From Solirubrobacteraceae bacterium (GTDB lineage Bacteria > Actinomycetota > Thermoleophilia > Solirubrobacterales > Solirubrobacteraceae): DNA of 24,000 bases. Positions within the stretch are counted from its first letter, which is position 1, and each line of letters opens with the position of its first letter. The notes beneath the pieces were generated by a model that was not told where the DNA came from, did no database searches, and saw nothing but the letters and a program-made list of their open reading frames with translations. The stretch spans positions 34,518 to 58,517 of the forward strand of contig JALNWQ010000020.1 in NCBI GenBank assembly GCA_023230855.1. Direction: 5' to 3'. Shown one piece after another: positions 10,721-18,852 of this stretch. The translations under genes were made by a program, and so were the position numbers.

Positions 10721-10920
10721 GGGGTGGCGGCGGTTGAGGACCCAGGACGTCCCGAACTGCCGCCACTCCCCCACCACCGGCGGGCCGCCCCGGAGGGTGG
10801 TGGCGATTGAGGACCCAGGACGTCCCGAACCGCAACCACTCCCCCACGCCCGACCCGCCGCCACGCGGGGTGGCGGCGATTGAGGACCCAGGACGTCCCA
10901 AACTGCCGCCACTCCCCCAC
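10721..10920. repeat. Tandem array (3 copies, period 73 bp) of a 54-nt imperfect-hairpin element, family 2
   Basis: Copies lie at 10721-10774, 10794-10847 and 10867-10920, each reading ggggTGGCGGCgGTTgaGGACccaggacGTCCcgAACtGCCGCCActcccccac, separated by unrelated 19-bp spacers. It lies between the acylase stop (10983) and the FMO start (10585). It has the same length and architecture as family 1 and shares the core GTTGAGGAC-N7-GTCC. Confidence 0.85.
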
Positions 10921-10982
10921 GACCCGGCCGTCGCCCCCCGCCCGCGGGACCGGCCGGCGTCCGCCGCCCCGCCCCGCCCCGC

Positions 10983-13415
10983 CTACGGCTCCAGCTCGAC
11001 GATGTGCTCCCAGGTGCCGCGGTCGAAGAACGGGAGCGGGTCGGGTTGCATCGCGCCCTGGACCTCGACGTCGACCATCCGGCGGGGCTCGCGCCAGGCG
11101 GTCGGGTCGTCGGTGCCGAACCGCTTGGCCATGACGTCGAACGTCGCCGCGGCCGCCTGGCGGTAGCCCGGGGTGCGCAGGGTCCGCAGGGCGTACGCCT
11201 CGCGCAGGGTCACGTCGAACTGGTGCACGTCGGAGGCGTCGTCGCGGAACTCGTCGGCGCCCGGGCCGAGCGGGGCGGTGGCGATCCGCGCCGCCTCGGC
11301 CTTGAACGCCTCCCACGTCGCGACGCCCGGATCGACGGTGCCGCGGTCGTCGGTGCGGGTGTAGTCGCCGTCCCACGCCAGCAGCACCCGCAGCACCGTC
11401 GCGGCGCGCCGCTCCGCCCCGCCCGCCCCACCGGACGATCCAGCCGCCCCGCCCACCGAACCCGACGACCCCGCATCCCCCGCCCCGGGCAACCCCGCCG
11501 CCGCCCGTCGCAGCCGGTACGACGCCAGCGGGCGTTGCTGGGCGACGCTGCCGGCCTGGCGGACGAGGCGCTCGGCGCCCTCGAACGTCGGGTCCTCCGC
11601 GAGCGACCGCACGAGCCACGTGAACCAGCCGTTGCGGTGGAACGCGCCGGTGACGCGCTCCTCGGCGGGGCCGTCGCCGGTGGTCCAGCCCTGCGACGGG
11701 ACGTTGTTCCAGTTGGCGAGCCAGCCCTGCCCGGGGTTGATCACGCGCGGCAGCTCGTCGCGGTCGACCAGGCCGTCCCACTCCGCCTCGCCGGTGCCGG
11801 GCAGCGGCAGGCGCTGGTCCCAGCCCTTCGGTCGGCGCGGCAGCAGGCCGGGGTGCCAGTAGCCGATGTTGCCCAGGCCGTCGGCGGCCATCACGTTCTC
11901 GTTCCACGTGACCCGCCGGACGGCACGGTCGACGTCGTGGATGTCGCGGGCGCGGTTGAGCGCCTCCAGGCCGTACAGGGTCTCGGTCTCGCGCTTCCAG
12001 ATCGCGTACCGGCGCGCGTAGGCGACGTTGCCCTCGCGGTGCTGGACCGGTCCGTGGACGGTGCGGCAGACCCGTCGGGTGACCTGGCCGCTCTCGGGTA
12101 CCCGTCCGTCGAGGACGGCGGTGAGGCCCTCGCGGTGGCGGAACGTCTCGTCGCGACAGTCCATGTCGCGGATCTCGCCCTTGTGCCAGTACTTCTCGGG
12201 CTCGCCGGGGACGAGCTTCTCGGCGTACAGGTCGTCGTCGTCGCTCAGGCCGCTGGTGATCCCCCACGCGATCCGCCCGTTGTGACCGGTGCCGATGACC
12301 GGCAGGCCCGGTGCGGTCACCCCGCGCAGGTTGAGGCCGGGCGCGTGGACCGCCAGCTCGACGAACAGCTCGGGGGCGGAGAACCCGAGCTGCGGGCCGT
12401 TGAAGAGCAGCGCCCCTCCGCCGGGCTTGCGGATGGCGAACATCGACGATCCACCGGTGCGGCCGATCCGTCCGGCGCCCGGGTCGTCCTTGCGCAGGCT
12501 CGCGCGGACCGCGGCGCGCGGGGTGGCCGGCAGGTCCTCGACGAACGCCACCGACCGGCGCAGCGCGGCGGCCTCCTGCCGCGGGGTGAGCGCGTCGCCC
12601 TGCGGGAACTCCCCCTCCTCCTGCGGGATCGTGGAGAGTTGGCGGCGGATGCGGAGCGGCAGCAGCTCCTGCAGCACCCGGGCCGATCCGCTGCGTTGCA
12701 GGGCGCGGAGGTTGCGGAGCTCGGCCCCGTCGCCGCTGGGGATGGTGCGGCCGAGGAAGATCCCGATCGCGACGCTGTCGTCGAGGGTCCACGGCTGCAC
12801 CGGGGTGAGCGTCGCGACGTACTCGGCCGGCAGGTTGAGCACCCCGATGCCGTTGACGACCGCGATCCACGCGTTGATCCCGTCGCGGTACGCCTCGAGC
12901 CGGGCGCGACTGTCGGCCGGGGCGGCGCGCAGCATCGCCTGGCGCTCCTCCGGCGTGTAGTAGTCGCGGCGGGCGACCAGGTCGTCCTGCAGCGCCCCCT
13001 TGCCGGTCAGCTCGGCGAGCCGGCCGGTGGTGGCGTGCCGGAACGCCTCGAGCTGGAAGAGCCGGTCCTGCGCGACGGCGTACCCGGCGCCCCACCAGGC
13101 GTCGAGCTCGGTGGCGCCGGTGACCTGCGGCACCCCGTGGGCGTCGCGGACGATCGTCACCCCCGGCCGGGGTCGCTCGGTCGGTCCGGGCAGGCCGAAC
13201 AGCAGCGACTTGCGGCGGAACGACGTGAACAGCCCGCGCTGGTCGTCCTGGTGCGGCGATCCGGTGCCCTCCAGCAGTCCCGTGAGCGACACGTGCCCGC
13301 TCTGGCCGGGCGGCAGCACCCCCTCGGCGCGCACGACCCCGGCGTGCGCGGTCGTCGCCGTCATCCCCAGCACCGCGGCGATCCCGAGCGCCGCGATCTC
13401 CCATGAACGCCCCAT
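10983..13415 (-). CDS. Penicillin acylase (penicillin amidase / AHL-acylase-like) family Ntn hydrolase, secreted
   Basis: 810 aa. Signal-peptide-like N-terminus MGRSWEIAALGIAAVLGMTATTAHA. Family-typical blocks include IVRDAHGVPQV, DRLFQLE, the putative autoprocessing site GGSSMFAI (N-terminal nucleophile Ser of the beta chain), GPQLGFSAPELF and NPGQGWLANWNN. Confidence 0.85.
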   Translation of the reverse strand: MGRSWEIAALGIAAVLGMTATTAHAGVVRAEGVLPPGQSGHVSLTGLLEGTGSPHQDDQRGLFTSFRRKSLLFGLPGPTERPRPGVTIVRDAHGVPQVTGATELDAWWGAGYAVAQDRLFQLEAFRHATTGRLAELTGKGALQDDLVARRDYYTPEERQAMLRAAPADSRARLEAYRDGINAWIAVVNGIGVLNLPAEYVATLTPVQPWTLDDSVAIGIFLGRTIPSGDGAELRNLRALQRSGSARVLQELLPLRIRRQLSTIPQEEGEFPQGDALTPRQEAAALRRSVAFVEDLPATPRAAVRASLRKDDPGAGRIGRTGGSSMFAIRKPGGGALLFNGPQLGFSAPELFVELAVHAPGLNLRGVTAPGLPVIGTGHNGRIAWGITSGLSDDDDLYAEKLVPGEPEKYWHKGEIRDMDCRDETFRHREGLTAVLDGRVPESGQVTRRVCRTVHGPVQHREGNVAYARRYAIWKRETETLYGLEALNRARDIHDVDRAVRRVTWNENVMAADGLGNIGYWHPGLLPRRPKGWDQRLPLPGTGEAEWDGLVDRDELPRVINPGQGWLANWNNVPSQGWTTGDGPAEERVTGAFHRNGWFTWLVRSLAEDPTFEGAERLVRQAGSVAQQRPLASYRLRRAAAGLPGAGDAGSSGSVGGAAGSSGGAGGAERRAATVLRVLLAWDGDYTRTDDRGTVDPGVATWEAFKAEAARIATAPLGPGADEFRDDASDVHQFDVTLREAYALRTLRTPGYRQAAAATFDVMAKRFGTDDPTAWREPRRMVDVEVQGAMQPDPLPFFDRGTWEHIVELEP

Positions 13416-13436
13416 CGGCGCAGACTATCCGGAGGG

Positions 13437-13483
13437 CTCTATCGCTCTCTATCAATCTCTATCACGCTCTATCAAGCTCTATC
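13437..13483. promoter_or_regulatory. Five direct copies of CTCTATC (GATAGAG on the gene strand) at an exact 10-bp period, upstream of the acylase gene
   Basis: CTCTATC occurs at 13437, 13447, 13457, 13467 and 13477, with variable 3-nt spacers (gct, aat, acg, aag, gag). This is a locally AT-rich patch in very GC-rich DNA, 22-68 nt upstream of the acylase ATG (13415). A -10-like TAGTCT (13427-13422, minus sense) ends 6 nt before the ATG, suggesting a leaderless mRNA. Confidence 0.6.
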
Positions 13484-13495
13484 GAGCGCGACGAC

Positions 13496-13512
13496 GGCCG
13501 ACTCGATCGGCC
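13496..13512. terminator. Short hairpin just downstream of the vapC stop
   Basis: GGCCGA ctcga TCGGCC gives a 6-bp stem and a 5-nt loop, 8 nt after the vapC stop. Weak and without a U-tract. Confidence 0.25.
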
Positions 13513-13519
13513 GCGGTGC

Positions 13520-13948
13520 TCAGTCTTCGAGCCGCTCCAGCGCCTGCCCCGTGACCGCCGCGATCAGCTCGAAGTCCTTGTCGCAGTGCAGGACCGTCAG
13601 CCCGGCGATCTCTGCGGTCGCGGCGATCAGCAGGCCGGGGATCGACGGCGCTCGGTGCTGGCCACGACCGGCGAGCAGCGCGAGGACCTCGACCGCACGG
13701 TCTTCCGCCCGCGGGGTCGCGTGCTCGACCGGCATCGATCCGACCGGCGGCCGGCCCAGGCCGGCGTGCAGGTCGTCGGCGTTGCGGGCCGAGTAGCCGA
13801 CCTCCAGGAGCGTCACGGTCGTGATCCGCACCAGCCCGCGCTCGATCCGATTCGCCCACGCCGCAGCTTCCGGGCTTCGACCGAGCCGAATCAGTGCCGA
13901 CTTGTCGATCAACCACCCCGCGCCCGGAGCGGGGTCGGTCACGACCAC
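13520..13948 (-). CDS. vapC: Type II toxin VapC (PIN-domain ribonuclease)
   Basis: [11 protein letters not shown] (first acidic PIN residue), TLLEVGYSA (conserved Glu), [28 protein letters not shown] (C-terminal Asp). GTG 13948 overlaps the vapB end. The alternative GTG 13942 gives a GTGA overlap with the vapB stop. Confidence 0.85.
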   Translation of the reverse strand: MVVTDPAPGAGWLIDKSALIRLGRSPEAAAWANRIERGLVRITTVTLLEVGYSARNADDLHAGLGRPPVGSMPVEHATPRAEDRAVEVLALLAGRGQHRAPSIPGLLIAATAEIAGLTVLHCDKDFELIAAVTGQALERLED

Positions 13949-14160
13949 GCCTGCCGCATGACTTCGGGATCCTCCAGATCGCCGAACCGGTCCGCGAATC
14001 GCTCCAGATCCGCGACGACCACCGGCGCGTCGACCCGCGCGGCGTCTTCCCGCAGCCGGCGGCGTAGGTACTCCGTCCGGGAGAGTCCCTGGCGGGCGGC
14101 GTGCGCGTCCAGGCGCGCAAGATCCTCGGGGGGAAGGTCGCGGATCAGGATGTCGGGCAC
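13939..14160 (-). CDS. vapB: Type II antitoxin VapB, ribbon-helix-helix type
   Basis: This is the C-terminal 73 codons of the spurious 702-aa track ORF 13939..16047. It reads [38 protein letters not shown], a beta strand plus two helices as in FitA/Arc-like RHH antitoxins. GTG 14160 start; the gene ends overlapping vapC. Confidence 0.7.
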   Translation of the reverse strand: MPDILIRDLPPEDLARLDAHAARQGLSRTEYLRRRLREDAARVDAPVVVADLERFADRFGDLEDPEVMRQAWS

Positions 14161-14169
14161 AAGGGGTAC

Positions 14170-14185
14170 GATATCAGCAGATATC
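14170..14185. promoter_or_regulatory. Candidate vapBC operator/promoter: GATATC-agca-GATATC
   Basis: Two self-palindromic hexamers lie 10 nt upstream of the vapB GTG. An overlapping -10-like TATCGT (14173-14168, minus sense) ends 7 nt before the GTG, and no SD is present. This is consistent with a leaderless, autoregulated TA operon. Confidence 0.4.
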
Positions 14186-14340
14186 ACCTGCCACCGCCCC
14201 GCCATCGGCCCACCCGCTGGACCACCGTCCGCCCACCCGCCGGCCTGCCGTCGACCCACCGCTGGACCGCGATCGGCCGGTGCGACAGACTCGGGCGGAC
14301 GCCGTCCCGTCGGGGCGGGTGACCGATCCGGGAGCGACCG

Positions 14341-16158
14341 TTGACCGTCGACGCCGACACCCTGCTGGACCGCGCCGACCTGCGGTTCCTCCTCCACGAC
14401 TGGTTGGACGTCGGCGGGCTGGCGGACCGACCGGCGTTCGACGGGCAGTCGGGCGAGCTGTACGACGAGGTGCTCGGGCTGGCGGAGCGGATCGCGGTGG
14501 AGCGGTTCGCCCCGCACAACCGCGACGCGGACGAGCACGAGCCGCACCGGGACGAGGACGGTCGCGTCGTGCTCGTGGACGGGGTGCAGGACGCGCTGCG
14601 GGCGTTCGCCGACGCCGGCCTGGGCGGGTTGTCGTTGCCGTCCGACGTCGGCGGGATGGACCTGCCGGTGACGGTGGCGCAGGCGGCGTTCGCGTGGTTC
14701 CAGGCGGCGAACGTCGGCACCGCCGCCTACCCGATGCTCACGACCGCCGCGGCCGGGTTGCTGTTGGCGAGCGGGTCGCCGGAGCAGATCCACCGGTTCG
14801 TGCCGCCGATGGTGGAGGGCCGGTTCACCGGGACGATGTGCCTGTCGGAGACGCAGGCCGGGTCGTCGTTGGCGGACGTCGCCACGCGGGCCGAGCCGCT
14901 GGACGACGGGCGGTTCCGGCTGTTCGGGTCGAAGATGTGGATCTCGGGCGGCGAGCACGAGCTGGCCGAGAACATCGTGCACCTGGTGCTCGCCCGGTTG
15001 CCGGACGCGCCCGCGGGGTCGAAGGGCATCTCGCTGTTCGTCGTGCCGCGGCTGCTCGTCGCCGACGACGGGACGGTCGGGGAGCGCAACGACGTGACGC
15101 TCGTCGGGCTCAACCACAAGATGGGCTACCGCGGCACGGTCAACACGGTGCTGGCGTTCGGCGAGGGCACGCACCGGCCCGAGGGAGCCGCCGGCGCGAT
15201 CGGCGAGCTCGTCGGGGAGTCCGGCCGGGGCCTGGCGACGATGTTCCGGATGATGAACGAGGCCCGGATCGGGGTGGGCCTGGGCGCGACGGCGCTGGGG
15301 TACACGGGGTTCCGCAAGGCGCTGCGGTACGCGCGCGAGCGGCCGCAGGGACGGCCGGCAGGCGTCAAGGACCCGTCGACCCCGCCGGTGCCGATCGTGG
15401 AGCACGCCGACGTGCGCCGGATGCTGCTGACACAGAAGGCGTACGTCGAGGGCGCGCTGGCGCTGTTGCTGTACTGCGCGCGGCTGGTCGACGACGCCCA
15501 CAGCGCCCCGGACGACGCGCACCGCGAGCGGGCCGGGGTGTTGCTGGAGATGCTGACCCCGATCGCCAAGTCGTGGCCGTCGCAGTGGTGCCTGGACGCC
15601 AACGCGTTGGCGATCCAGGTGCACGGCGGGTACGGGTACGCCCGCGACTACGAGGTGGAGCAGCACTACCGCGACAACCGCCTGAACGCGATCCACGAGG
15701 GCACGCACGGCATCCAGGCCCAGGACCTGCTGGGCCGCAAGGTGACGATGCGCGGCGGCACGGGCCTGGCGGCGTTGGCCGAGACGATCGGCGCGACGGT
15801 CGAGCGCGCGACCGCGGCCGGCGGCGTGCCGGCCGAGCTGGCCGGCCCGGTCCGTGATGCGCTGTCGCGGCTGCTCGAGGTGACGGGCACGTTGTGGGCC
15901 GACGGCCCGGCGGGCGCCGACGTCGCGCTGGCGAACGCGTCGACCTACCTGGAGGCGGCGGGTGACGTCGTCATCGCCTGGATCTGGTTGGAGCAGCTGC
16001 TGGCCCTGGCCGACCGCGACGACGCGTTCGCCGCCGGCAAGCGCCACGCCGCCCGCTGGTTCGTCGCCGCGATCCTCCCCCGCACCGGCCCGCAGTTCGA
16101 TCTGCTGGCCCGCAAGGACCGAACGGTGCTCGACATGGACGAGGGGTGGTTGGGGTGA
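14341..16158 (+). CDS. Large acyl-CoA dehydrogenase (FadE5/AidB-like, ~605 aa)
   Basis: TTG start. ACAD blocks: GGLSLPSDVGGMDLP, GTMCLSETQAGSSLADV, GSKMWISGGEH, GISLFVVP, QVHGGYGYARDYEVEQHYRDNRLNAIHEGTHGIQ. A C-terminal extension typical of the long FadE5 class is present. Confidence 0.9.
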   Translation: MTVDADTLLDRADLRFLLHDWLDVGGLADRPAFDGQSGELYDEVLGLAERIAVERFAPHNRDADEHEPHRDEDGRVVLVDGVQDALRAFADAGLGGLSLPSDVGGMDLPVTVAQAAFAWFQAANVGTAAYPMLTTAAAGLLLASGSPEQIHRFVPPMVEGRFTGTMCLSETQAGSSLADVATRAEPLDDGRFRLFGSKMWISGGEHELAENIVHLVLARLPDAPAGSKGISLFVVPRLLVADDGTVGERNDVTLVGLNHKMGYRGTVNTVLAFGEGTHRPEGAAGAIGELVGESGRGLATMFRMMNEARIGVGLGATALGYTGFRKALRYARERPQGRPAGVKDPSTPPVPIVEHADVRRMLLTQKAYVEGALALLLYCARLVDDAHSAPDDAHRERAGVLLEMLTPIAKSWPSQWCLDANALAIQVHGGYGYARDYEVEQHYRDNRLNAIHEGTHGIQAQDLLGRKVTMRGGTGLAALAETIGATVERATAAGGVPAELAGPVRDALSRLLEVTGTLWADGPAGADVALANASTYLEAAGDVVIAWIWLEQLLALADRDDAFAAGKRHAARWFVAAILPRTGPQFDLLARKDRTVLDMDEGWLG

Positions 16159-16219
16159 GTTCCTCGAACCGGCGTCAATGGACTGGCCAACGGGCGCGGA
16201 CCTCGGCCACGTGCACGCA

Positions 16220-16840
16220 TCACGGTGACGCGTCTGGGCCCGTCAGGCCGAGCATGCAGATCCTCGCGTAGACCGCGTCGTCGATCGAGCGCACTCCGGG
16301 CCGGAAGTGCATTCCGACCGAACGCGAAGGAAAATCGTTCGCCCCGGGCTCCAGGTAGACCCCGTTCTGCTTGAACACGACCGGAGCCGGAAACTCACGG
16401 TAGTCGACGATGTCGCAGACCAGCAGGTCGCGGGGGCCGTCGCGGACCTGGCCGATTCTTCCGACCCCGAGGTACACGGGCGGCCGACTTTGCCCTCCCG
16501 TTGATCGACGTCCGCGGTAGTACACGAATCGGGTCCCCGGGATCACGAGACGTGAGTAGCGCTTCGGGTACTCGTACTCGCGCCCGTACACGTCCGCGTA
16601 CTCGTGTCCGGACTCGGTGACCTCGTTCTGACTCAGCACGATCGGCACCACCCGATCGTCCCACGGGCGGACGTCCGTCGTCCACCGTCGTCGGCGGTAG
16701 GCTGAGCGTACGGCGATGTGGCCCACGACCGCCTGCGATGGCGCTTCGACACCAGACAAATCGATGACCGCGACGTGGACTCCTCCGTCTCCGCTCTTCA
16801 CCGACCAGCCCGACGACCCGGAGCTCGAGACCGTCGTCAA
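16220..16840 (-). CDS. Hypothetical protein, beta-rich; possible PUA/SRA-like nucleic-acid-reader fold (unverified)
   Basis: 206-codon ORF with ordinary amino-acid composition (EYADVYGREYEYPKRYSRLVIPGTRFVYYRGRR...PVYLGVGRIGQVRD...LLVCDIVDYREFPAPVVFKQNGVYLEPG). The start is uncertain: ATG 16840 overlaps the NaeI-like 5' end by 77 nt. In-frame alternatives are TTG 16759 and GTG 16726. Confidence 0.55.
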   Translation of the reverse strand: MTTVSSSGSSGWSVKSGDGGVHVAVIDLSGVEAPSQAVVGHIAVRSAYRRRRWTTDVRPWDDRVVPIVLSQNEVTESGHEYADVYGREYEYPKRYSRLVIPGTRFVYYRGRRSTGGQSRPPVYLGVGRIGQVRDGPRDLLVCDIVDYREFPAPVVFKQNGVYLEPGANDFPSRSVGMHFRPGVRSIDDAVYARICMLGLTGPDASP

Positions 16841-17780
16841 CGCGATCCGAGCGATCGATCCGTCAGGTGACCGCTTCGGCGAAACGCTGCGCCAGACCTT
16901 CGACCAGCTCTACGACGGTCAGCACACCGGCCGCTATGCGTGGGAGCAGCTCCGCAAGACCGAGAAGACGCACATGGGGACGCTTGTCGAGATCGCCCTC
17001 CACCGCGCGTTCGACTTCGGCGACGGCGACGCGATGGATTACCGCATCGCGGGTATCGAAGTGGACTGCAAGTTCTCGCAACGCATGGGCGGATGGGAGA
17101 TTCCGCCGGAGGCGTATGCCCCGACGGTTGGCCCGCCGCACCTCTGCCTCGTCGTCACCGCAAGCGACATCAAGGGCGAATGGATCGCCGGCGTCGTTCG
17201 GGTAGACCCGAGCGGACTCCGCCGACGCGCGGACGGCAGCTTGGGCACGAATCGCGACAACAAGGTGCGCTTGGCCGCCGACTATTCGAAGAGGGTGCGA
17301 TGGCTTTGGGGCATGCCGGAACGCCCTTGTCGGCTGCCGGAGAACATCCTGCTGCACCTATCGGACCCGGACAGGGCACGCGTCCTTACGGCGACGAACA
17401 GCGTCGGAAGGTCCACCGGACAGTCGAGGATCAACGCGCTGTTCGAAGTCGTGCAGCGACGGGTGATCAACCGAGGGACGATCCTCACCGTGGCGCAGCA
17501 GGACGACGGGATGAAGCGTGCGCGCGATGCGCGGTTGCCTCGCCACCTGGGCCACAAGGGCATCCTGGTTCTCGGCCATCAAGAGAACGACCCGCTGATC
17601 GCTCGCGACCTCGCATTGGAGGTCCCCCGGAAGGGCTCCATGATCAGCGTCCGTGTCGTGCCGGCCGCCGACGGACATCCCGGTCCGGCCGCCGAGATCA
17701 ACGGGCAGGCGTGGCGTGTCGCTCAACCACACGATCCGGTCGTCGACGCGCCCCAGGTCCACCGGGGGCGCGACGCCTGA
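16764..17780 (+). CDS. NaeI-family type II (IIE) restriction endonuclease
   Basis: Strong resemblance to NaeI as I recall it: LRQTFDQLYDGQHTGRYAWEQLRKTEKTHMGTLVEIALHRAF and the catalytic arrangement E...D-X8-D-C-K (LVEIAL / MDYRIAGIEVDCKF). Also ATVAQQDD.MKR and GILVLGHQENDPLIARDLALEVPRKG. ATG 16764 (MTATWTPPSPLF) aligns with the NaeI N-terminus better than the track start at 16716. Confidence 0.85.
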   Translation: MTATWTPPSPLFTDQPDDPELETVVNAIRAIDPSGDRFGETLRQTFDQLYDGQHTGRYAWEQLRKTEKTHMGTLVEIALHRAFDFGDGDAMDYRIAGIEVDCKFSQRMGGWEIPPEAYAPTVGPPHLCLVVTASDIKGEWIAGVVRVDPSGLRRRADGSLGTNRDNKVRLAADYSKRVRWLWGMPERPCRLPENILLHLSDPDRARVLTATNSVGRSTGQSRINALFEVVQRRVINRGTILTVAQQDDGMKRARDARLPRHLGHKGILVLGHQENDPLIARDLALEVPRKGSMISVRVVPAADGHPGPAAEINGQAWRVAQPHDPVVDAPQVHRGRDA

Positions 17781-18842
17781 TCAGACGAGGGCCAACGCCC
17801 CCTGCTTCGACGCCCCCGCGTCGTTACCGGGTGTCTCCCCCTCGAGCATCTGGAGGACCGCTTCAGCGAGGCGCTCGGCCAGGCGCGGCGGCACCGCGTT
17901 CCCCACCTGCTTCGCCACTGCCGTCATCGACTGGTCCTCGGGGAACGTGAACGAGTCCGGGAACGTCATGCAGCGCGCAGCCTCGCGGACCGTGATCGGC
18001 CGGTGCTCTTGCGGATGGAGGTAGCGGCCCTTCTCCGGCTTGTAGAACTCCGTGCGGATGGTGAAGGCCGGACGGTCCCACCACAGCCGACCGAAGACGT
18101 CGGTAGACCCGGCCGGCTTGCGGAGCCAGCACGCCGGAGTGATGTCCGGCCGCCGAGCGGCGAGATCGAACCGTCCCTCCCCCTCACCGGGAATCGTCTT
18201 GTACCGCTCGATGCTCAACGGACGCGGGTTCCGCGGACGATGCCAGTTCTCCCCGTCGGGAACGAGCGGCAGGCCGACCACTGCATCCGCGAACGACTGC
18301 CAGCGAAGTAGCGGACCGCCCTCGGACTTCTGGTGGGTCACCTCCGGCCAGACCACCGGACCGACCCGGCTCCCGATGACGATCGCGCGCCGCCGGCGCT
18401 GCGGGACGCCGAAGTCCGCTGCGTTGAGCACTTGACCCTCGACGTCATACCCGAGGCGAGTCGCAGCTGCACGGAACTCCAGGTACTCGGAGGACTTCAG
18501 GAGTTCAGGAACGTTCTCCATGACGAAGACACCTGGGGCCGATTGCTTCAACGCCCGCAGGTACTCCCGCCACAGCGAACGGCGCTCCATGCCGACCCCG
18601 CGCATGTTCAGCGGCGAGAACCCTTGGCATGGCGGGCCTCCGATCAGGACGTCCGCTTCGGGGAACTCGGCGACGTCCTCGATCGGGATTGCCGCGACGT
18701 GATCGCCGAAGTTCGTCCGGTACGTCTCCGCGGCCGCCTTCTCGAACTCGACGGCGAAGATCGAGCGGAATCGGTCAGTGGCCTCGAACCCGAGCGTCAT
18801 CCCCCCACAGCCCGCGAACAGGTCGACTACCCGGAACGTCAT
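17781..18842 (-). CDS. dcm: DNA (cytosine-5)-methyltransferase
   Basis: Motif I VVDLFAGCGG, motif IV LIGGPPCQGFS, motif VI FVMENV, motif VIII QRRRRAIV, motifs IX/X ITVREAARCMTFPDSFTF and QVGNAVPPRLA. ATG 18842. Its stop abuts the NaeI-like stop with zero spacing (TGA|TCA at 17778-17783). Confidence 0.92.
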   Translation of the reverse strand: MTFRVVDLFAGCGGMTLGFEATDRFRSIFAVEFEKAAAETYRTNFGDHVAAIPIEDVAEFPEADVLIGGPPCQGFSPLNMRGVGMERRSLWREYLRALKQSAPGVFVMENVPELLKSSEYLEFRAAATRLGYDVEGQVLNAADFGVPQRRRRAIVIGSRVGPVVWPEVTHQKSEGGPLLRWQSFADAVVGLPLVPDGENWHRPRNPRPLSIERYKTIPGEGEGRFDLAARRPDITPACWLRKPAGSTDVFGRLWWDRPAFTIRTEFYKPEKGRYLHPQEHRPITVREAARCMTFPDSFTFPEDQSMTAVAKQVGNAVPPRLAERLAEAVLQMLEGETPGNDAGASKQGALALV

Positions 18843-18852
18843 GGCCCGGAAA

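Noticed and set aside
8613-10901. Long overlapping ORFs 8613..10901 (-), 8987..10810 (+), 10645..13455 (-), 11004..13406 (+), 13939..16047 (-), 14280..15857 (+), 18778..20175 (+) and 21726..23747 (+)
   Set aside because: Each overlaps, in another frame or on the opposite strand, a gene with clear family motifs (FMO, TetR, acylase, FadE, MTase/Vsr, HelD-like) and has low-complexity R/P/G/A composition. Only the last 73 codons of 13939..16047 are real (vapB).
11400-11480. Gly/Ser/Ala-rich low-complexity segment in the acylase (GAGDAGSSGSVGGAAGSSGGAGGA) as a separate feature
   Set aside because: It is in frame within a continuous acylase ORF and lacks clear DNA-level tandem periodicity. It is probably just the spacer or linker region between the alpha and beta chains, so it is not reported separately.
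16160-16225. Island-flanking direct repeats, att sites, tRNA or integrase at the edges of the low-GC islands (16160-16225, 19324-19353, 20219-20315)
   Set aside because: No convincing direct repeat was shared between the left and right junctions, and no tRNA-like sequence or recombinase gene lies in the window. The mobility mechanism is therefore left unassigned.
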